32,000 nucleotides of DNA from Coprobacillaceae bacterium (GTDB taxonomy: Bacteria > Bacillota_I > Bacilli_A > Erysipelotrichales > Coprobacillaceae): contig OY780959.1 of NCBI GenBank assembly GCA_963675915.1, positions 1,350,001-1,382,000 of the forward strand, given 5' to 3'. Positions 26,585-32,000 of this stretch are shown one piece after another. Position 1 is the first letter of the stretch, and each line of letters begins with the position of its first letter. The position numbers were made by a program, and so were the translations under genes. The notes under the pieces were generated by a model that worked only from the letters and a program-made list of their open reading frames with translations, did not search any database and was not told where the DNA came from.

Positions 26585-27067
26585 ATGGATCTTTCAACCA
26601 TAGTACTATATACATTCGCAACAGTCTTGCTGATTGTTTCACTAATAAAGGATAAAGCCAAAACCAAAAAAGCGGTCAAAAAAGGCTGGATGGCCTTTGT
26701 CAAGATTTTACCGGTCCTGATTCCCCTGTTTTTGATTGTCGGGATTGTCCTTAACATCCTAACGCCAATGACAATCAAGCAGCTGCTTGGTAGTGACTCT
26801 GGTATCTTCGGAGTATTGATTGGCATGATCATTGGATCAGCTGCTTTCATCCCACCATTTATCACTTATCCTTTGGGTGCTGAACTTTTGTCCAATGGAG
26901 CCGGTTATCCTCAGGTCGCCGCATTTATGACCACCCTGATGGCGGTCGGACTGGTTTATTGGGTAGCTGAAGTAAAATTCTTCGGTAAAAAAGCTGTGGC
27001 CTTGCGTAATGGTCTGGCGTTTATCGCCTCAGGAATCGTAGCAGTCGTAGTCTGGGGGTTAATGTAA
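26585..27067 (+). CDS. Integral membrane permease, subunit 1 of a split two-gene permease
   Basis: ATG 26585 follows AAGAGGAGG. About 160 aa, four to five hydrophobic segments. Its stop overlaps the next start (TAATG at 27065-27069). Confidence 0.7.
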   Translation: MDLSTIVLYTFATVLLIVSLIKDKAKTKKAVKKGWMAFVKILPVLIPLFLIVGIVLNILTPMTIKQLLGSDSGIFGVLIGMIIGSAAFIPPFITYPLGAELLSNGAGYPQVAAFMTTLMAVGLVYWVAEVKFFGKKAVALRNGLAFIASGIVAVVVWGLM

Positions 27068-27660
27068 TGAAACAAGAAAAACAAATCATCCTTTCGATGT
27101 TCAAAAGCAAAATGTTTTATGTCTCAGTGATCCTGTTAATTTCCTTATTTGTCTTCGATACCATAGGTGTAAAGATTGGAACCGCCAGCACCAACCCGGA
27201 TTCATCTCTGGGTCTGGCAGCCCTCAATTCAGCCTGGTATCAGTTTATCTCGATGCTCAAGATAGTCCCACCAATCTTCCTTTTGATCGGGTTGCTGGAC
27301 CTTTGGGTACCCCGCGAAACCATGATCAGATTAATGGGTGAAAAATCTGGAGTTATTGGAATCCTGATTGCCCTGTTTATCGGGACCATGTCAGCCGGAC
27401 CTTTGATAGCCGCCTTCCCGGTAGCTCAAGTCATGCTAAAAAAAGGAGCCCGCTACTCCAATGTTCTATTCTTCCTCACAGTATGGGCAAGCGCCAAATT
27501 GCCGATACTATTCTTCCAAGCCACTGCGCTTGGCCTTAAATATACCATCATTTCCAATGTGACCTTGTTAACGGTCTATATGATTGGAACTCTAATAATT
27601 GAAAAGATTCTCTCCAAAGATGAAATCAAGACCATTTATAATATCGCCAATGAATCCTAA
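27067..27660 (+). CDS. Integral membrane permease, subunit 2 of the split permease
   Basis: 197 aa, multiple hydrophobic segments, translationally coupled to the preceding ORF. The pairing resembles two-component membrane permease complexes annotated in streptococci (recalled from memory, unverified). Confidence 0.7.
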   Translation: MKQEKQIILSMFKSKMFYVSVILLISLFVFDTIGVKIGTASTNPDSSLGLAALNSAWYQFISMLKIVPPIFLLIGLLDLWVPRETMIRLMGEKSGVIGILIALFIGTMSAGPLIAAFPVAQVMLKKGARYSNVLFFLTVWASAKLPILFFQATALGLKYTIISNVTLLTVYMIGTLIIEKILSKDEIKTIYNIANES

Positions 27661-27670
27661 CTCAAAAACC

Positions 27671-27718
27671 AGCGCAACTATTAACGGACAGGCCGCACCT
27701 GTCCGTTTTTGTTGCGCT
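27671..27718. terminator. Bidirectional nested hairpin terminator between convergent genes
   Basis: The outer stem pairs AGCGCAAC (27671-27678) with GTTGCGCT (27711-27718). The inner stem pairs AACGGACAGG (27683-27692) with CCTGTCCGTT (27698-27707), followed by TTTT. Confidence 0.8.
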
Positions 27719-27740
27719 TGGATCGCATATTTGATATCGA

Positions 27741-28055
27741 TTATTTCTTGACTCTGCCACTGGTATTCATGTAAATCAACCCGATAATTGTAAAAATGAT
27801 AATGACTATAAAACCGACTGCAGTAATAATCCCAAAATAATCATCAAATAGAAAGACAAAAAGCGCCATAATTAGGAAAATTGCTGCTTCCCGGAAAAGA
27901 AAATTACTGGTATGATAGCATAGTTTATCGATATCATATTCCGATTTTTTTTCCTTGGATGCAGTATTGTAACCTGAGATCAGCCAGGTAGTTTTCTTGT
28001 ATCTAATCAACGCTCCGACCCCAATAAGCAAAGCTGCCGGGATAATAAATATCAT
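27741..28055 (-). CDS. Small membrane protein, DUF3784-like
   Basis: 104 aa. A TM segment, then ISGYNTASKEKKSEYDIDKL (the SGYNT...KY D signature I associate with DUF3784), then two more TM segments. An AAGAGGTGAG RBS precedes the start. Confidence 0.65.
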   Translation of the reverse strand: MIFIIPAALLIGVGALIRYKKTTWLISGYNTASKEKKSEYDIDKLCYHTSNFLFREAAIFLIMALFVFLFDDYFGIITAVGFIVIIIFTIIGLIYMNTSGRVKK

Positions 28056-28093
28056 TGTTACTCACCTCTTATTCTTATTCCAAATTTGATTCA

Positions 28094-28129
28094 CATAAAA
28101 CAGGAACCTGCATGAAAACTGGTTCCTGT
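28094..28129 (-). terminator. Rho-independent terminator after the 72-aa gene
   Basis: ACAGGAACC (28100-28108) pairs with GGTTCCTGT (28121-28129). On the minus strand it is followed by UUUAU. Confidence 0.6.
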
Positions 28130-28135
28130 CTATAA

Positions 28136-28354
28136 TCAGAATAAATTCTTAACCTTGCCTAAAAGGTCTCCGGCCTGATCAAGATTCAATTTGGCTTTGA
28201 CCCCATCAATTATTGCATTGATCTGATCTTCAGGGAGATCAATCCCCAAGACAGATTCCAGGGCCTCGGTCGGATTTTCCATGAATTTGGTTTTGAAATC
28301 ATCATCATTCTTGATCTTGGTTAGTACTTCTTCGATCTTTGCTTGAATATCCAT
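28136..28354 (-). CDS. Small acidic helical protein of unknown function (72 aa)
   Basis: ORF with an AAAGGAGG RBS (28365-28372 on the plus strand, reverse complement). It has no Cys, TM segment or signal peptide. Confidence 0.55.
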   Translation of the reverse strand: MDIQAKIEEVLTKIKNDDDFKTKFMENPTEALESVLGIDLPEDQINAIIDGVKAKLNLDQAGDLLGKVKNLF

Positions 28355-28505
28355 AATTGCCTCCTTTAACTACTTAAATTGTAACATATCACTATCTCCT
28401 TGACAACGAACGACCTGCTATCCAAAGCTGGTTAGCCTTCATTAGATTAATTCTTAGCGCCCTCACCACCAGATCAAACCCAAGTCACGGTCGATAATAG
28501 CCGGA

Positions 28506-29384
28506 CTATTGTTTGCCATTATCGGGAAGATCACCATAACTGAAATCAAACATTTTGCTGACCACCTTGTCGATGTAGCGTTGAGGTACCAAGGTTGATA
28601 ACTTGGATTTGAACTTGTTGTCATCGATAATATAGCGATCCTTGGGATTTTTGATGAATAACAAATCCGCAGTCTCCTTGGATGCCAGATCGCAGTCCAT
28701 TCCCTTGTTACCGCCTAGTAAGAAATTATCCCGAACACTGTAGAGGCTTTTCAGATATTTTTTCTGAACAAACGAGATATCCTGTTTGGCCGCCTTGTTC
28801 CAGATCGGGGTCGCTATCCCTCCATGTTCAACCAGAATTGTCTTGACTCCATAGGGATTCATTTCCCGCCGCAACGAGTCACCAAAGCCTTCCAAGGCAA
28901 ATTTGGACGAGGCATAAGGCGAAAGAAACGGCAAGGCAATTCTTCCCGCCATTGAGCTGATAATCATGATTTTGCCCTTCTCTTGAATTATTGAAGGCAG
29001 GGCCGCCTTGATCACGCTGATTGCACCAAAGAAATTGACGTCAAAAGCTTTGCGATAATTCTCAATCGGGATATCTTCCACCGGTCCACCCAACGGGATT
29101 CCCGAGTTGGAAACTACGGCTTTGATTCCATGGCCCTGATCACATAACTGATGAATAAATTCGATGAAATGGTCTACGTCTTCAGGAATAGTCAAATCCA
29201 TTTTCACGGCTATAACATTATCATCTTCCTGATAATGATCATTCCAGACATAAGTGACTACCAATTTATGGCCCAGTGAACTTAAATAGTCGGCCATGCT
29301 TCTCCCGATTCCAGAATCACAGCCACTGATAATGATGAATTTCTCTGATTTGTTCCAATTAGTTGAATCGATACTGACTGCCAT
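28506..29384 (-). CDS. Short-chain dehydrogenase/reductase (SDR) family oxidoreductase
   Basis: Cofactor motif IISGCDSGIGRS (TGxxxGIG-like), NSGI, and catalytic SSMAG...YASSKFALEG (S...YxxxK). 292 aa. Confidence 0.9.
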   Translation of the reverse strand: MAVSIDSTNWNKSEKFIIISGCDSGIGRSMADYLSSLGHKLVVTYVWNDHYQEDDNVIAVKMDLTIPEDVDHFIEFIHQLCDQGHGIKAVVSNSGIPLGGPVEDIPIENYRKAFDVNFFGAISVIKAALPSIIQEKGKIMIISSMAGRIALPFLSPYASSKFALEGFGDSLRREMNPYGVKTILVEHGGIATPIWNKAAKQDISFVQKKYLKSLYSVRDNFLLGGNKGMDCDLASKETADLLFIKNPKDRYIIDDNKFKSKLSTLVPQRYIDKVVSKMFDFSYGDLPDNGKQ

Positions 29385-29452
29385 TTAATATCATCCTTTC
29401 AATATTCAACCACAAAATCTTCCAATTAAAATATATTTTCGCTATCTGTTAT

Positions 29453-29770
29453 TCAAAAGCCGGCAATAAAAAGTTGCATCAATCCTACCAGTATCGCCAA
29501 AATCCCCAAAATTACGACAACGATAATCGCCAGGGATCTGTCTTTGTCAGCAATTAGGGCCTTAAATCCCACCAGCCAGGCAACACCGCCCCCTATGAAA
29601 ATCAGATATTGGAACATTCGCCATAATGAAATAAACGTCACATTTTCATAAGCACCTGTACCAATCAGCAAACCAGCTGCAAAACGGGTAATCAGCACTA
29701 AAATTACAAAAACAGTGAAAATCAGAACTGACAATTTTCCGGTCCTGGTTTTTGGCAATTTGTGTTTCAT
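29453..29770 (-). CDS. Small integral membrane protein (3 predicted TM segments), function unknown
   Basis: MKHKLPKTRTGKLSVLIFTVFVILVLI... The ATG at 29770 is preferred over the track's GTG at 29803. The start assignment is uncertain. Confidence 0.55.
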   Translation of the reverse strand: MKHKLPKTRTGKLSVLIFTVFVILVLITRFAAGLLIGTGAYENVTFISLWRMFQYLIFIGGGVAWLVGFKALIADKDRSLAIIVVVILGILAILVGLMQLFIAGF

Positions 29771-29885
29771 TACAACCAACTCACTTTCCTTGAATGAAAC
29801 CACATCTTTATCTTCATCATAGCACTTTTATTTTGAAAATAAAGCCCATTTAATCAAGGTTTTCAATTTCAATCACATTATTCAA

Positions 29886-29930
29886 GAAAAAACTCCAATC
29901 TCATTCCAGGGTAAGGGAACTTGATTGGAG
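29886..29930 (-). terminator. Candidate rho-independent terminator downstream of the CDGSH gene
   Basis: CTCCAATC (29893-29900) pairs with GATTGGAG (29923-29930) around a 22-nt loop. On the minus strand it is followed by U6 (plus-strand A6 at 29887-29892). It lies about 140 nt after the stop. Confidence 0.45.
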
Positions 29931-30068
29931 CATCTATGTATTTAAATGAGTACAGGTATAATTAAAGTATGGTTATGATGAATTTTAGATTAAGCAATGT
30001 AGGGATTTGCTTGGACAGGACAATCATCAGGCCCTGGTAATTTGCATTTTTGAGTAACCAGGATTCGG

Positions 30069-30686
30069 TTACTCTTCTTTAGGTTCGTGCTTTAGATGGC
30101 TCCCATCACAAAACGGTTCATTTTTGCTTCTGCCACAGCTACAAAGACAATAGTGATCCTTCGCGACCGGATGACGCTCATCAATAAGTTCCACCGGCCC
30201 CAAAACAACATAGGGGCCATCATGAGTAACCTTGATCGAGGGCTCATCGAAAAAATTGTCGAAAGTCTCGCCATTGATGGTGTAACTCAAAGCACCCGAA
30301 TGGCATTTTTTGATTGTTGCGATTATATTCTCAACCGTATCGCCATCAGGATCGATCCAGGGACATTTATACATGTCAAATACTTTCGGAAGCTCCAGAT
30401 AACATGTTCCCGGGTGGGAACATGCCCTTCGATTATCATGGATGATGATCTTCTTGCCCACGTAGGATCGGAATCTTCCATCACGAACTTTCAAGCGATT
30501 ATCTTTGAATCCGCTCTTGATGTGAGCACCATCGCAAAAAGGCTTGGTTGCGCTTTTACCACAGCGACACAAACTAACCGAAGATTTAATTGCAATTTTC
30601 TCTCCATCACTGTCGCTGAGTTCATTAAGCCCTTTGACAATAAAAGGACCGTTGATTATGGTTTTGATTGTCGGTTTGTCACCCAT
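30069..30686 (-). CDS. Iron-sulfur protein with two CDGSH-type motifs
   Basis: CRCGKSATKPFCDGAH and CSCGRSKNEPFCDGSH, with a central Cys/His-containing segment (RRACSHPGTCY). ATG 30686 is preferred over the track's GTG at 30695. Confidence 0.85.
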   Translation of the reverse strand: MGDKPTIKTIINGPFIVKGLNELSDSDGEKIAIKSSVSLCRCGKSATKPFCDGAHIKSGFKDNRLKVRDGRFRSYVGKKIIIHDNRRACSHPGTCYLELPKVFDMYKCPWIDPDGDTVENIIATIKKCHSGALSYTINGETFDNFFDEPSIKVTHDGPYVVLGPVELIDERHPVAKDHYCLCSCGRSKNEPFCDGSHLKHEPKEE

Positions 30687-30853
30687 CAGTTTCACCGCCT
30701 CTTGGTTGATTTTAGATCCAATAAGTCCCTTATTGGATCAGACTATATTATCAATTATAGCATCATCTTCCCAATTGCTCATCATGATATGCTTATAACC
30801 AGGAAATATCTGAATTTATTTCAATTTCTTGGTTATTCTAGGGTATTGGCCAA

Positions 30854-32000
30854 TCAGAGCAATTCCTTTTTAAAGAGGCTGTTGTTTTTAACCGTCATTG
30901 CGGCTAGGGTTTCCTTGCGGATTTGCGCCAGGTCGACCTGACACAGTTTCTTATCTTTGACCAGACACTGACCGGCTACAAAGACAGAATCCACATTTTT
31001 GCTGTTGGCACTGTAAACCAAACATGAATACGGATCATAGAGCGGGAACATGTTGACTGATTCCGTCTCCACCAAAACCAGATCGGCCTGTTTGCCGACT
31101 TCAAGACTACCAATTCGATCACTAAGATTAAGGGCTTTGGCTCCACCGCTGGTTCCCAGTTCGACAATGGTTTTGGCCGGAAAGGCGCTGCGGTCATGAT
31201 TCTCCATCTTGTGGAAATTGGCCACCAGCTTGAACTGAGTGATGATATCCAGGGTATTACCGCTTGATGGTCCATCAGTTCCCAGCCCCACTGGGATACC
31301 GGCTTCAATCATCGCTTTGACAGGAGCCACACCTTTGGCGGATTTGGTGTTGGCTCCGATACAATGAGCCACTGAAGCACCGTTGTCTTTAAGCAGTTTC
31401 AAGTCATTATCTTTGGCGTAGATGCAATGGGCTGCCAACAGGCGGGAATTCACGATTCCCCGGCTGGCAAGAAACTCGATTGGAGTCATCTGGTATTCCT
31501 CTTGGAAATATTTCATCTCGTAATCCATTTCGGAAACATGGATGGTAAATGGTACATTATACTTCTTCGATAATTCACTGGCCTTTTTCAAGGTGTCTTC
31601 GCTGCAGGTAACAGTACTATGCGGGGCCACACACCCCGTAATCAAATCGTGGTCAAGATATTCTTCGATCAATTCCTGGGCATAAACCAGGCTCTCACTG
31701 GCAGTAGCGGCATCACAAACCTCCTGGTCGATGATGGTTTCCCCGAGGACAGCTCTTATTTTCATTTCATCAGCTGCTTTGGCAACTTCTTTTTCGAAAT
31801 AGTACATGTCCATCACGGTGGTAACTCCACCAAGAAGCAATTCGGCGATGGCGTATTTAGCCGAGGCATAGACCAGATCGGCAGTCATTTCATCACGTTC
31901 AGTCGGCAGCAAAAATCTTCTGAGCCGATCAACCGCATCATCCTGCAAACCCCGGAAAGGAATCATCCCCAAATGAGTATGGGAATTGATCATTCCCGGC
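30854..32000 (-). CDS. Amidohydrolase-superfamily deaminase (MtaD/TRZ-ATZ-like). The N-terminus lies beyond the right window edge.
   Basis: INSHTHLGM (HxH metal motif), FTIHVSE, AAHCIY and GLGTDG are typical of 5-methylthioadenosine/S-adenosylhomocysteine-type deaminases. The frame stays open upstream of the track's Met (..PGMINSHTH) to position 32000. Confidence 0.8.
   Translation of the reverse strand, partial: PGMINSHTHLGMIPFRGLQDDAVDRLRRFLLPTERDEMTADLVYASAKYAIAELLLGGVTTVMDMYYFEKEVAKAADEMKIRAVLGETIIDQEVCDAATASESLVYAQELIEEYLDHDLITGCVAPHSTVTCSEDTLKKASELSKKYNVPFTIHVSEMDYEMKYFQEEYQMTPIEFLASRGIVNSRLLAAHCIYAKDNDLKLLKDNGASVAHCIGANTKSAKGVAPVKAMIEAGIPVGLGTDGPSSGNTLDIITQFKLVANFHKMENHDRSAFPAKTIVELGTSGGAKALNLSDRIGSLEVGKQADLVLVETESVNMFPLYDPYSCLVYSANSKNVDSVFVAGQCLVKDKKLCQVDLAQIRKETLAAMTVKNNSLFKKELL

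Noticed and set aside
28136-28354. The 72-aa acidic helical protein resembles a Nif11-type RiPP leader (IEEVLTKIKNDDDFKTKF...NPTEALESV)
   Set aside because: It has no Cys/Ser/Thr-rich core peptide and no GG-type cleavage motif. No neighbouring modification enzyme or transporter is present, and the resemblance is only in helix periodicity.
30052-30074. The hairpin GAGTAACC-AGGATTC-GGTTACTC overlapping the CDGSH stop codon, as a possible terminator
   Set aside because: On the coding (minus) strand it is followed by A-rich rather than U-rich sequence. A better hairpin plus U6 lies at 29886-29930.
30096-30941. 281-aa ORF on the plus strand, the longest unannotated ORF in the track
   Set aside because: It lies almost exactly antisense to the CDGSH gene, whose two CxCGxSxxxPFCDG(A/S)H motifs show that the minus frame is the real one. 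The plus-frame product is low-complexity, has no RBS, and runs across the intergenic region.
1-32000. Search for CRISPR arrays, tRNA/rRNA genes, IS elements, integrases or prophage genes
   Set aside because: I saw no spaced direct repeats, cloverleaf-like segments, rRNA-like conserved blocks or transposase/recombinase motifs. The only mobile element I can support is the group II intron.

Overview
The window looks like a low-GC Gram-positive (Firmicutes-like) chromosome, judging by GGAGG-type Shine-Dalgarno sites, hairpin plus U-tract terminators and a signal-peptide/C-terminal-anchor surface protein. It splits into three parts.

(1) Positions 1-13.4 kb are an AT-rich block of nine genes, all on the minus strand and tightly packed or overlapping. 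I read it as a defence island. In transcription order it encodes:
- a GHKL (MutL/MORC-like) ATPase
- a Z1-type SF2 helicase
- a PD-(D/E)XK (DUF4420-like) nuclease
- an AIPR protein
- an unrecognisable 176-aa ORF
- a tandem-fused double C5 cytosine methyltransferase
- Vsr
- a small class-I SAM methyltransferase
- a PLD-nuclease/SF2-helicase fusion. It runs off the left edge, so it is missing from the supplied ORF track.

(2) Positions 13.47-15.35 kb hold an apparently intact bacterial group II intron with class-C hallmarks. It sits directly after the rho-independent terminator of the upstream surface-protein gene. Domain V is shortened and carries a CGC triad, and the RT/maturase has no endonuclease domain.

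(3) Positions 15.4-32 kb carry ordinary accessory and housekeeping genes:
- a secreted, anchored surface protein
- a MalT/LuxR-type STAND regulator
- a LacI regulator next to a DUF1593-like lipoprotein
- a tandemly duplicated pair of membrane-anchored paralogs
- an aldo/keto reductase
- a split two-gene permease
- small membrane proteins
- an SDR
- a double-CDGSH Fe-S protein
- a truncated amidohydrolase.

I saw no rRNA, tRNA, CRISPR array, transposase or integrase. All family assignments come from motifs read by eye in the translations and should be confirmed with HMM searches. The best candidate for new biology is the island. Its GHKL-Z1-nuclease-AIPR module has been predicted computationally but, to my knowledge, lacks a described mechanism. 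Here it also carries an extra orphan ORF, a fused double methyltransferase and an adjacent methyltransferase/PLD-helicase pair.
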